A stretch of 60,685 bases of DNA, the filler included, from Blastocystis sp. subtype 4 (Eukaryota): NCBI RefSeq assembly GCF_000743755.1. It is 3 parts of 3 records of this genome, joined end to end, with 100 filler letters (N's around TTAATTAATTAA, not from the genome) between each part and the next. Parts side by side here need not be neighbours in the genome. Positions count along the whole stretch, not along the records: positions 1 to 20,307 come from NW_014569348.1; positions 20,408 to 40,551 come from NW_014569347.1; 1 more part is not named here. One strand, 5' to 3'. Shown here piece by piece: positions 14,538-26,314 of this stretch. The notes below the pieces were generated by a model. The model was given only the letters and a program-made list of their open reading frames with translations. It did no database searches and was not told the DNA's origin. Both the position numbers and the translations under genes were made by a program. The stretch's first letter is position 1. Each line of letters opens with the position of its first letter.

Positions 14538-16732
14538 ATGCGTCTCTCGACAAATTCGGACGACAGAAAAGAATTAAAGAAACAAATTGAGGCCGTTCTA
14601 AAGGGACATACGTTCGTTGTACGTCTGAGAAGATAATCTTTTAGGTATGATGAAATTATTGACAAAGGTGTTGAATTCACAATCACAAAACTATCAGAGG
14701 TAAATGGAAGTGACAAAGAGATCATTGCCACTTTGAAGCAAGAGTTCAGTGATGTTATTACTTCAGGTTGGAATTAGTATTGTTGTATGATGTATAGACC
14801 TAGATTGGGTGTTAGAACATCTTGTAGCCCTTGGACGCAAGTACTCTGTAGTTTCCATCACCTTTAAGTTATTCATAGGCTCAAAGCTCTTCTTCTCGAA
14901 AGGAAGATACGCGTTCTCGTTTCCGTTCAGACTCTCGTTCTCACTCCCACTACTCTCGTTCACCTTCATCCTCTCGTTCTCACTCTCGTTCTTATTCTCG
15001 TTCCCGTTCAAGTCATCGTCATTCTAGACGATCCTATTCTCGTTCCCGAAGTCGATCAGGAAATCGCTACCATAGTGAGTCTCGTAATCGTGATAACTAT
15101 CGTCCAGACTCACGGACTGGAAGTCGTCGCAATGTACTCGTTTGTTTCCTTTGTAATTTATAGTGGAATGATAATCAACGCTGTTGGACTTTTCAGTATC
15201 GTTCATCTGTAGATCATCGAAATCAGCGAGGAGGGATTCCTAATGGCAAAGGACCATTTGATAATGCTCAAATGCAGCAAATCATGCAAATTCTAATGAC
15301 TCTTCCGAATGCTCCTAAATCGGCAATTCAAGCAGGTGGTATTCGATGAATAGATGATTCAAATCTAGGAGAAACTAGTTTATCCCAAATCGTATCCGAA
15401 GCAGATGATGCAAAGAGTAATTGAAGAGAAATGAAATGATTCGTAGAAGAGAAGGAGGCAGAGAATTGCATTAAAGTGCTCCATCTTTCTAAGAAGAATA
15501 TGAATGTAAGAATAACAGAATGTGTTTCAATTAGATTCTTTCTCTTGGAGGTTATTTTAAGCGTTTTGGTTCTATTAATAAAATTATGGTACTTAATGAA
15601 TTCGAATGATAAGAGCTAGTTACAACCCAAGTCGATGTCAGCCATTGTCGAGTTTTCCACCGTAGAAGAAGCAAAGGAAGCATTGAAGTCCAACACTCCT
15701 GTTCTTAATGACCGTTTTATTGAAGTAGTTTCGTGTTCATCGAAAACCGAACAAGAAGGTACTGTGGAGGAGAATCCATCAGAATCCACATCGACTGATC
15801 CTACTTCGGGTACACAATCAGATGAAGTGAACAAGAAGTTAGAGTTAATTCGTCAGCGTAGGTTGGCCCAACTTATGGAGCTCAAGAACAAACGGACAGG
15901 AATCCAACGATATCACGATCTTTTGGTTCAGTATGCATTGTTGTGGGAACGTTCGAAGGACGAAGCGCGTCTACCTCATGAGGATCGTCTGCGATCTGTC
16001 TCTCAGAAGATCTTCCATGACGTGAAGGATGTGTATCATCTGGTGCGAAGTGGTGTGGAGAAGATTGAAGATTCAGAGGGAGAGAAGGCTGGTGATGGTA
16101 CTACAGAGACTACTACTAATGCTGGCTCATCAAGCACAGAGGCGGTACCAGCCTCGAATATGCTAGACAACACGGAACGAGCAAAGGCGGAAGTACTCTC
16201 CATTCTTGATAATGTGAGAGAGGCAGTACGATCCACTTCAGTATTTGAAGAGATTGATAAAACTGCAACAGAACTGCAGGCAAGCATTCTAGACGAGGCA
16301 GCGCGTGAGATGGATATCACACGATCAGCTGTCTCGGGATATCGTGGTCGAGCACGAGGTCGAGGTCGTGGGTCTGTACGTGGCCGAGGTCGTTTTACTC
16401 GTCGACCACATGTGGATACATCCAAGTTTGAGATGGATTTGCGACCCAATGTGATCGTGTTGAAGGATATAGAGGGAGTAAGTGAGAGTGAGATTCGAGA
16501 GGGACTGAAAGAATACCAGGGAGTACGAGGTGTGTCAATTGAGAACGGAGAAGCTTCTATTATCTTCGAGAAACATTGGCAGACAAAACGCCCTATTACA
16601 ATGGGTATTCCAGTAAATGGGAAGGTAGGTTTCGAGGAATAGAATAATGACTAGGTCTTGAAACCTGTATTAAGCTCCGAACCATATGTAGCTCCTCCCG
16701 AGGCAACACCGGAAACGACGACGGCACAATGA
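14538..16732 (+). CDS. RNA-binding protein (PWI-like N-terminus, RS region, RRM, RGG, second RRM-like), RBM26/27-like
   Basis: AIVEFSTVEEAKEALKSNTPVLNDRFIEV RRM, RGRGRG tract, RS repeats; TGA 16730-16732. Confidence 0.65.
14914..15128 (+). repeat. Coding low-complexity repeat (TCTCGTTC-type units) encoding an RS domain
   Basis: Repeated tctcgttc/ctcgttc units translating to SR-rich sequence. Confidence 0.7.
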
Positions 16733-16808
16733 GTGCATTGTACTCCTAGATGTTTGTTTGGTTGTTTGTAGGAAACAAAATGGACACACAATATACAAAG
16801 TGCTGAGA

Positions 16809-17237
16809 TTAGTTCAGTTTCTCCAACTCCCGAATACGATTAATGATCTCAACCTTATTCACATCCAGCACCTCTCCAGCAACAATATAGTTGTCCATAA
16901 TCTCGTACACCTTGTAGAAATAGAAAATGATATCCATTTCACAAACACTCTTGAAATACATATCCAAGGTCTCGACGAGGAAGTGAATAGTCTCCAGAGT
17001 TAGCAGTTCATTATCTTCAGAGTCTACAGCGACAGTGAAGTAAAGACCAGCATAACGTCTTGTAATGAGTTTGTAAGTACTGAATTCAATAAAGTTGGTT
17101 ACCTTGTTGTCTCTGGCAGAAACCAACTTGTGGATTTCATTCTCCAGACGAGCTTGTTCCTCGAACTCCACAGGCATATACCACTTCGACAATCTAGTCT
17201 TTCCCTGTCTGTTTTGCAAAAGAAGATAACGGATCAT
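16809..17237 (-). CDS. AP2S1: Adaptor complex small chain, AP-2 sigma, intronless
   Basis: [20 protein letters not shown]...RRYAGLYF...[14 protein letters not shown]. Confidence 0.88.
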   Translation of the reverse strand: MIRYLLLQNRQGKTRLSKWYMPVEFEEQARLENEIHKLVSARDNKVTNFIEFSTYKLITRRYAGLYFTVAVDSEDNELLTLETIHFLVETLDMYFKSVCEMDIIFYFYKVYEIMDNYIVAGEVLDVNKVEIINRIRELEKLN

Positions 17238-17348
17238 ACTTACAAGACCTCTATAGAAAGAAAATGGCAAAAATACCTTTGGCAGTAATCCTTGATAATT
17301 AAGAATACCTAGACATTTCATGTAACAAACAAAGAGGTAAACGACTGC

Positions 17349-18893
17349 TTAATCTCTTTTACCTGTAAAGACACCTTTGTAAATGAAAAAAGCTATTGCA
17401 GATAAAATGCCTCCAGCAATCTCAGCAAGAGGATATGCGTACATGTTGCCCCACCAGTCGTTGAGCAAAGCACAGAAAAGTTTCGCAAACATTAACAGGA
17501 ACACCAACTGCTTCAAGAACAGAATGATAGCAGAAGGTAACCCACGTCCGCAGGCTTGCAAGGTAGGGAAAACTGTCATAGTGATTGCATTCATGAACAA
17601 CCCCGATGTCGTATAGCGCAAAGCCTCTTCAAAGACTGTATGGAAAAATTTGGAGGATGAGAACATGTATGCAATCAGATTGCCTGAAAACATACCAGTG
17701 ATGATCAAGAAGAAGGATAGAATAACCTCACAGAAGAAGTGAATCTTCATCGTGGACATGAATCGTCCAAATCGTTTTGCTCCATAACAGTAAGAATAAA
17801 TGGGAAGACACCCATGAGACAACGACATCATTGGCATAAAACAAAAGAAAGAGAATTTTCCGCAAGCACCAACAACAGCAAGGATTTCTGTCACTTGAAG
17901 ATTACTGAAGTGTGTTCCTGAATACTGAAGAAGAAGATTATTCATGAGGAGAGACACAATACTTCCTGAAGCACTAGAAATAGCTCCTGAAATACCTACA
18001 CTCATAATCGTCTTCATAATAGACCATGATGGCTTGAAATCAGAGAGCTGCAGAACCACAGCTCCTCGCTTTGAAGCATAGTAGTAAATACCCATAAGGG
18101 AACTAACAGTATTACCACAGAGAGTAGCATAAGCGGCACCACGAATTGAATTACCTGTCAAACGAATAAGAATGGGATCCATAATAATATTAATAATCCC
18201 TCCTACGAACATACAACTAGCAGAATAAAAGGAGTTTCCTTCTCCACGAATGGCATTGTTGTGGGAAACAGCAAGATTAGTAATTATGTCTCCAAATACC
18301 AGAGGAGTTAAATACTGACGAGCTAATGAAAGAGTTCCCTGCTCATCAGAAGCACCTGTCCATTTTAACAGATCATCAATAAACCAATAAACAATAGATG
18401 GGTAAAGAATTCCTACGACCAGACACATAAGATACATATTAGCAATTACACGTCGAGCCATCTTCACATCGCCACGACCCAAATTCTGGCCATATATAGC
18501 ACTTGTTCCAACGCCTATCAAAAGAGCCACAGACATATGGAATAGTTGATCAACTGGCATAGCTAAAGTACATGCCGCCAGAGAAAGTGAACGCTCCTTT
18601 TGATTGTTTCCAGCCATATTACCAATGTAGACAGCATCAACCATCACATACAAGGCTTGAACAATCTTACCAATCAGATCAGGCCAGGTAAGTGTCCAAA
18701 TTGTATGACCTAGCGGTCCTTCTCCAAGAAAGGAAGCCTTCTTTGCCGCCTTCAAATCTCTCTCAGAACGCTTCTGTTCAATTTCAACAACTTCAACACA
18801 CGAAACAGAGGCACTTGAGACTCCAGTAGCTGCTACAATAACCCCTTCCGCCATTTCTGAAGTAATTCTCTGACTGGTAGGTTCGTTACTCAT
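17349..18893 (-). CDS. MATE multidrug efflux transporter, intronless, bacterial-like
   Basis: 514-aa multi-TM ORF; RGEGNS...GGIINIIMDPILI...GAAYAT, SYCYGAKRF MATE signatures. Confidence 0.9.
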   Translation of the reverse strand: MSNEPTSQRITSEMAEGVIVAATGVSSASVSCVEVVEIEQKRSERDLKAAKKASFLGEGPLGHTIWTLTWPDLIGKIVQALYVMVDAVYIGNMAGNNQKERSLSLAACTLAMPVDQLFHMSVALLIGVGTSAIYGQNLGRGDVKMARRVIANMYLMCLVVGILYPSIVYWFIDDLLKWTGASDEQGTLSLARQYLTPLVFGDIITNLAVSHNNAIRGEGNSFYSASCMFVGGIINIIMDPILIRLTGNSIRGAAYATLCGNTVSSLMGIYYYASKRGAVVLQLSDFKPSWSIMKTIMSVGISGAISSASGSIVSLLMNNLLLQYSGTHFSNLQVTEILAVVGACGKFSFFCFMPMMSLSHGCLPIYSYCYGAKRFGRFMSTMKIHFFCEVILSFFLIITGMFSGNLIAYMFSSSKFFHTVFEEALRYTTSGLFMNAITMTVFPTLQACGRGLPSAIILFLKQLVFLLMFAKLFCALLNDWWGNMYAYPLAEIAGGILSAIAFFIYKGVFTGKRD

Positions 18894-19460
18894 TTTATTG
18901 TTTCTTCAACAAAGTGTTTCTACGTTTCCACTCTTTCTACGGTTACATTGTCTTGATGAAAGAACTATAGGCAGTCTGCAAAATGTCGAAATTGACGATT
19001 TAAGAGATGAACTGAATAGGGAACAGAAGAACGTGGACATTGACCAAGCGGATTCCAATCCTCTCTTGATTTCACATTGCTTATTAGTATTTTACCCCAA
19101 CTATTTCTCACATGCTAACAAAGCAACAAAAGGAATTACTGTATATTCCTCCATTGTTATTTACGAATGGACTCCAGTTGGAGAATGTTACAGATACTTG
19201 AAAACATTTGCAGATTTCCGGATCCTGGATCCCATGTGGCTGATGTGTTCATATGATGATTCCATAGTACATGGATTGACTAAGATTGGTTTTAAAGAGT
19301 AACATCCATTCTTTCAATCCACTTCACATCTTCTCAATCTTTTATCTACCATCTCATAGATGATTGAAGACTCGGTTTTCAATGGAATCAAAGGAATAGG
19401 ATTTGGTCGGGGTTTTGTGGATTGTTTCATAAGTCATTTCGGTACAATAAAGTAGAAAGT

Positions 19461-20193
19461 ATGAGTGAAGCAGCTGAACAAGTTTTGCCACTTGAGAATA
19501 AGTGGGAATTATCCGAGCAATATCAAATGGATGAGAGACAGGAGAAGACACAAGAGTATGCAAATTCATTTGAAAAGTTGTGTGTATTTGATTCTGTGGA
19601 GAGTTTTTGGCAGTTTTGGAACAGACTTCCGTCGATTGGGTAGAGCAAAGTGGTTGGATACCTTATGTTTAGGGATGTGTTTTATGATGGAAATGAAAAA
19701 TTGGTATGCCGTAGTGATCGAAGACACTCTGATGAACCTCCAAAGAAGTACAGAGTGTGACATGTTTTGTGATGTGAATGTTTAGATTCTTGGTCAGTGT
19801 ATCTTCAAAGAAGGAATTGAGCCCAAATACGAAGATCCTCAAAACATGAAAGGAGGAAACATGCGAGTTGTATTTGGAAGTATCTGTACACATCTGGATG
19901 AATATGTAGATGAAGATAAGAAAATATCGAACTTCTGGGAGACACTTGTATTAAGTGTAATAGGAGAAACACTCGATGATGGGGATAACATTACAGGTAT
20001 TCGTGTGATTGACAAGTCGAATCCCTATAAGAAGCAAGTGAGTCATCGAGTAGAGATTTGGTTCCGTGATTGGAAGAATGAAGTATTCAAAACTCTCCTT
20101 CAAGAGCGTGTAGAAAAGTTAATGGAGTCGTGTGATATTCACCCGAAAGACCTATCGTTCAGTGAGAATGACTTTAGTAAATGGACCAAATAA
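19461..20193 (+). CDS. eIF4E: eIF4E-family cap-binding protein with non-canonical aromatic residues, 2 introns
   Basis: LPLENKW, FDSVESFW, FKEGIEPKYEDPQNMKGG, WETLVLSVIGE, RVEIW. Confidence 0.88.
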
Positions 20194-20212
20194 ACAATGT
20201 TTACTGTACAAC

Positions 20213-20307
20213 TTATTCATCACCCTCCATCTTTGGAGCAAGATAGAAACAAAGTGAACCCAATCCTTCAATTCCATATTCTACTTTCACAGGCATATCT
20301 CTAGTCA
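20213..20307 (-). CDS. PCNA: 3' end of PCNA (truncated by assembly gap)
   Basis: TRDMPVKVEYGIEGLGSLCFYLAPKMEGDE*. Confidence 0.85.
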
Positions 20308-20407
20308 NNNNNNNNNNNNNNNNNNNNNNNNNNNNNNNNNNNNNNNNNNNNTTAATTAATTAANNNNNNNNNNNNNNNNNNNNNNNNNNNNNNNNNNNNN
20401 NNNNNNN
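20308..20407. other. Assembly gap with artificial TTAATTAATTAA linker (20352-20363)
   Basis: N runs flanking a six-frame stop linker. Confidence 0.97.
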
Positions 20408-20585
20408 CAGAGTCATTGAAGGGTTCAAACTGGAATAGGTCTTGTGTCTTCATGTTGCTAATGTGCTCATATACAGCACTTGAGGGAGAAGCTGCCGCTG
20501 AGAAAAGTCTCATAGAACTTCTCATACAAAACAGCTTCTCTGTGCATCGCACAAGTCCCTTCATGCCTTTCAATCTAGCCTGCAT
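20408..20585 (-). CDS. 5' fragment of an unknown protein with presequence-like N-terminus (runs into gap)
   Basis: MQARLKGMKGLVRC...MRSSMRLFSAAAS is basic, Ser/Ala-rich, with an RLFS cleavage-like site. Confidence 0.5.
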
Positions 20586-20691
20586 CCTTATCTATTGACA
20601 AAGGTTTCAATGAGATATAGGGAGTTTCTCCGATCGAAACTCAAAATCAGGGGTATTTGTGACACTTCTGTAACAAACACTTAGTAACAGA

Positions 20692-23600
20692 TTACTCAGA
20701 GTAGTCTCCTATCATGACCTGAACGTCCTGGCAGAAATCCGTAGCCTCCTCGAGTTGGACACGGAAGACACGAATGGTACCATTCTTATCCTGTAGATAC
20801 AAAGAAAGAATTGTTTTATCACCTTTCTTGAACGTCATCTTCTTGATGTCCAAGACATTGAGATTACATTCTACCACACAGTTAGCTCCTTGCCTATAGA
20901 AACAGATCATCCGATTTGCAAATAATAGGATACTATGTGGATTCTACGTTTCATTCTTCCCCCCTTTCCTCACTTCCGTCATTACACAATCTGTAAGCGA
21001 GACACTATCAACATCGTACACTAAGCCTCCTCCATGAATAAATCCAGAGTCTTCAAATCGTTGATTTGGTTTCAAATCTGTGATCATCGCTAGAAGAGAC
21101 TTATCTACTTTCGCTCTCTCATAGAACACATCTTCTTCATCACTAGTACTCATAGTCATCGTCTTCTCTTACTCATCTACTGTAAACACGGATTGGTCCA
21201 CTTGTTGCGGTACAGTACGTATTTGTTCGGCCTCTGAAACCGCATTCACCTTCTTTGCTACCTCTTCCATTAACGTAGCACTCTTTGCCCGAGTCCACAT
21301 GAATGCCTTCGACAAGAGGTTTTTTCCCTTTTCACCCAACTCTGCTACACTCTCCAGGCCTGTTTCAGGTTTCGCCAAGACTGCCTGTGTCTTCTGTTGA
21401 AGGGTTGTCAATGCCTTGCTTGCCTTTTGAGCTTGATATGAACAAGAGAGAGAAAGGATACATGCTTTGGAGGCTAGATTGATACTCGCTGTAACCAGTG
21501 AATCCAATGTGTGTGACATTTTGTAATAAGCACATACATCACAATGATCAGGGTCATGATCAACAAGCCAGTCCATACGATGAGAACGATAGAGATACTC
21601 ATGAATTGCATAGAAACCACCTTTGACAATACAAACATGAGACAAATGATTCTTGCGCAACACTCTTAAGCTTATATTTCCATCCAAAACGTACTTCAAA
21701 CAATCCATTGTCTCATTCTGTTCTTTGTCAGCCTCTTCAGGCTTTCCTGTATGAAACACAGCAATGATCGTCTAGTCTTCATTCTCTCGCATTCTCTCTT
21801 ACTGTTGGCTTTAGCTCCTTTAAGCAAGAAATGATTCCCTCTACAAGCATTGGAGTTTTCCATACCTTGCCTTCTGCCGTGACTCCTGTTGCTAGGATTC
21901 CTTGATAACCATTCATCAAATTACGAATATCCAGGAAGAAATAATTGCGACCACCACTTGTAGCATTGAGCGAACTTACAGCTTCTTCTGGTTGAATCAT
22001 CATGCATTCGATAGCTCCCATATCTAGATATCAGGCTCTATTCCTTCACTCACTCATCTGATTCGCCATTGATGCTGATAGAGAATATGGCAAGTCTCGG
22101 GAGAGGATACGAGGAATACCATATTCCTTCAGCACATACATCTCCAGTTGTTGTTCGAGACCAGCAAATCGTTGCATTGCTTGGTGAAGTGGACTGCCAT
22201 CTGGAATCTCCATGTGACTCTGGAAAGCGTCCATACGACGAGTCCATAGATTATCCTCTCCTATGAGAGCATCTGGAAGTAGTTCTGATGCGCACTGCGC
22301 TCCTACACTTACTAAGGTTTGATTAACAGAAACTGGGGTGATTTTCTCCATAGCCACAGCCTGCTCGATAAGCGAGTCGAGTTGATCAGGCTGTGTTCTC
22401 CAAGGCAGCAACAGAATGAACTCTTCCAGTTCAACTGCAGATTGAATCGATAAAATCTCTTTCTGCGCATTCTGCAGTAATGACAAGAAGAAATAGACCG
22501 AAAAGGAAGGAGATCCACGAATCAGCATCTGATCAAGAACAGGCAGACAGAGATCTGAAGACCATACATCCGAATCTCTGTAGATAGCAGGATTCATGAA
22601 GTCGGTAAGCAGCCAACATGTGGGCACAATGCCTTCGATTCCTGTGAGAAGATTATGAGGATCTTCTCGTCCTTCAGATGTCTAGAAATGACTCCATTCT
22701 ACAACGAGAACCGTAACAAAATCTGCTTCATTCTCAATATCATAAGAACGAGGATACCACCATGTATCATCAATCATCATGAAATGATTAAACAAACGTG
22801 GAAGGTGAAATTCCACAAAGAGACGAAGTAACGAATGAATTCGTAGAGCTGATTGATTTCGTGATGTTGATAGAATTGCTATTTGATCAGGATAATATTC
22901 ATCTTTCTTTCCTTCCATCAATACCCGTTCACGATATAATTCCAATTCTTCTACCAATAATTGTCTACTTTTTCTAATACCTTTTTTTCCACTAATAGAT
23001 TCAATAGAAGAGACTTCATTTAAGAATAGCTTTAATATAGCTAATAATGTTTCACTTCGTGTCATATGAACCTTTGCTAGCAAAAGTAAGGCTATTTCAG
23101 AGTATACTATTCGTGTAATCCATTAATCTAAAATACCATGTCTATAGCGAGTACTAGTCAATTCTATTAGACCTAAATGAATCCATACAACATCTTCAAT
23201 GAGTTGAGACTTTTCAAAAACTAGGTATAATGGAATCGAGTCAATCAAACCATCTGAAGAGAATCTGAAGAAGATGTGCTCCACGTAATCACGAATCATC
23301 TCTTTGTTTACAGTTGTAACCGACCATTCCATTGAATGAACTAGTTTCACTTTCTCTTGTGTGATCTACATTTAACGGCAATGATCATTTGTACTCCTAG
23401 AAGACTACAATAGACACCATGACGATAATCGTCAGGGATAGATGGGACAGAATGATACGAGAGGAGTTGTCGAATGAGATGTGTATCAGGAGTATCAGAA
23501 TTGATCTGTTGATTGAGCATAAAGAGGCGTGTATTCAGTTCATCAGGGATTTGAGATGAAGAGCGTGTGAGACTCACAGTATCTGAGATCAGATCAGATA

Positions 23601-24418
23601 ATTTCAGGTGAGAGAGAGATCGAGGAGTGGATTCTTTCTCTGGTACTGGTTGAGCAATAGGTTCAACAGCAGATTCGTTAGTTGGTTCAGCAACAGGCTC
23701 AACAGTAGGTTCAGCAGCAGACTCATGAAGTTCAGTAGCAGGCTCGGCAACAGGCTCAGGAATAGGCTCAGCCATTTGTTCACTTACTAGGTCAGCATCT
23801 GGGGTAATAACTGACTCACTGACCTGCTCAACGGCTGACTCAGAAGGTTCAGTTGCAGATTCCACTATCTGATCAATACCAGACTTCTCAACAGATATAG
23901 ACGAATTTCCAACATCCGTAGAATCATCTAACTCGTTCAAAACATCACAGTTCTCAATCTGCCGAGAAATCTCTTCAACCGTCTCCCCTGTACTTTCCAC
24001 ATCAATTTGATCTAAGAAGGTCTCCAGATCGTCTACAACTCATTTCCACAAAGAAAGACACTACCTTCATTAACAGACTCCACTTTCTCTTCTGATATCT
24101 GTATTGATTCCCCTGTTTCATTTTCAACGGGTGTTAACGGTGATTCTCCTTGGTTCATATCCAATGGGTGAAGAATAAAGGATCCACAAATTATATGATC
24201 TGGTTAAGGATATTTCTTTCTCATCTTCAATATCATCTTTTCCAAAACCAACATCAACTGAATCCTTTCCAGGCTCATCTCCTCTTAATCCTCGAGTTGG
24301 AAAATGGATCACTTTCGTCGGTTCATCTCGAATTTCACGAAGATCAACTTAACCTACCAAAATCCCAGTCATCGTCGCTATCCCAATCATCACCTTTGGA
24401 AATACCAGTTTGTTGCAT
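20692..24418 (-). CDS. TBC1D23: TBC1D23-like protein (acidic N-extension, TBC-like, rhodanese-like, C-terminal PH-like), multi-exon
   Basis: LLRLFVEFHLPRL, FFLDIR, VCIVKGGFYAIHEYL...DHDPDHCDVC; start MQQTGISKGDDWDSDDDWDF. Confidence 0.7.
24168..24213 (-). other. AT-AC U12-type intron (46 nt) in TBC1D23-like gene
   Basis: ATATCCTT...ATCCTTTAT-TCTTCAC; removal repairs a frameshift. Confidence 0.75.
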
Positions 24419-24496
24419 TTATATAAAAACCAAATATCAAATAGCGAAAACAAGAAAACGAATGAATCAATACAAATACTAACAAACAATAGGAAG

Positions 24497-26056
24497 TCAA
24501 ACATCATCATCGGGTGAACTAGTATTGCTCTTGGTATCGGAATTCCCTTCAATCCGCTTCTTCAAAACCATTACCAACGATTCCAGTTTTTCAGGTTCCC
24601 GTAGAACGTCCTGTGACCACATCAAAAAGTGAACTTGTTGTTCTGGAGTGAGTGTATTCACAATTCCCTCCAATTGTTCTTTCATGCTATTCATCGTTTC
24701 TCGAAGTCGTTTCTGAACTTGATCAACGATATCTAATACAGAGGCAACGTTTTCTTGTTGTTGAACTGTCCCTCGTCGACTTCGGAGAATCTCCTTCATC
24801 TGTCCAGGAGTAGGCTATGTGTGAATCTATATACTCGTATCTACTTGCAGAACAGAGGCAATCATATTCCAGATGCCTCCTCCATATCTCATCTCATTCA
24901 ACTGTTGATCAAAGAACTCATCACCTTGCTCCATAGCCCACATGCACATCTTAGTCACCTACAAGCGGTTATGTCGGTTTGTGTTCTCTTCATCACACAA
25001 CATCACATGACAAGCAAAACACACACCACCTTCAAGATCGGAGCTCCACAGCTCCACCCCTCAAAAGAGTAGTATTGTGTGTAGATTTCATTCGTTTAGC
25101 AGCTCTGTTTCGAAGGATAAACAACTATTATCATTCGCTTTCAACTGCATACACTCCAAACAAACCACCACATACCTGTGTAGGAAGAACAAGCATCTTC
25201 AACTGCTCTAAATGGAATTCAGCCATTGTAAGCCGCTTCTGAACAAAGAATCCCCATTGCCGAACATATTCTTGAATCTCACTCTTCATTGCTTCTCGAT
25301 CATGTGTCTCATAGAATTGACATAACCGTTCCAGACTTTCAGAACGCTTCTGTCGAAGACTTTGATCATCAGTGTCATTCTCTAACTGAATCCGCATCCG
25401 ACAATTCTCCTCACGCAGTCGCGTAATCTGAGCATCAGAAAATCATCACATATCTACTTCTTCTTCGAGAGCTTCACGCTTCTCCTTTTTTCGTTTCCGA
25501 CAATTTTTGGCAATCTCACGGTTCTTCTCCAAACGTTTCTTCCTCTTTTCATCCATTGAACTGCTTGTTTCGACAGTTTGAGATCGTTTTCTCGAGCCAT
25601 TCACTATTCCTAACCCAAATTCATAATTTTTCTACTTGGCATTGTTGCTGGATAATAAGGATATGGATAGGATACATATGGAGTCCCGAGAAGCGATTGT
25701 TGATTTAAGGGAGTACTTGGAGGCGCTAATTGTGGATTAATAACAGTAGGATGTTGAACGGGGTTTCCAGAAGTTGTGTCATCGAGTTTGCTGGAGTCTC
25801 GAAGAGCTGGAGGAGGCAAAGCAATTGGGTTTAAGGAATTCAGACCATCCGTAGAGTCTGCAGAAGAATCAGGAAGTTGAAGAGAAAAAGAAGAAAGCAT
25901 GCTGTCTTCATATGGGTTCGTTGTATCCCACCCTAAGAAGTCCTGTCCGACTCGGTCTTCCAATTAATAATGATCTATGTCCTTACCTCCGTCATTCACG
26001 AGACCACTTGAAGGACGAAGGGAATTTGGAGAAAATGGGACTAGATCAGTAGCCAT
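24497..26056 (-). CDS. bZIP transcription factor, multi-exon
   Basis: KRRKRLEKNREIAKNCRKRKKEKREALEEE^ITRLREEN; C-terminal LTPEQQVHFLMW helix. Confidence 0.85.
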
Positions 26057-26314
26057 AAGTAGCCATGATCCTGCTTCTGCAATTCATCACAAACAGGCAA
26101 CAACCCACCTCTTTCTCTCAACTTTTCTTTGTCCTGTGTCGGTTTTCCCGTCACAAATGAGAGCACGGACTCAAACGGACTCTGGTTTGCTCCATTCATC
26201 TCAAGACTGTGGCAAGAATATGAATTGAGAGGAAGGCGACATAACGGTTATTTCAACAATTTGGCGGTATCTTACATGAATAAACAATTACATTCAAAAC
26301 TGAAAAAGTGGAGA

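Noticed and set aside
20352..20363. TTAATTAATTAA palindrome repeated at 40596-40607
   Set aside because: Embedded in N runs at both sites; an artificial six-frame-stop contig linker, not biology.
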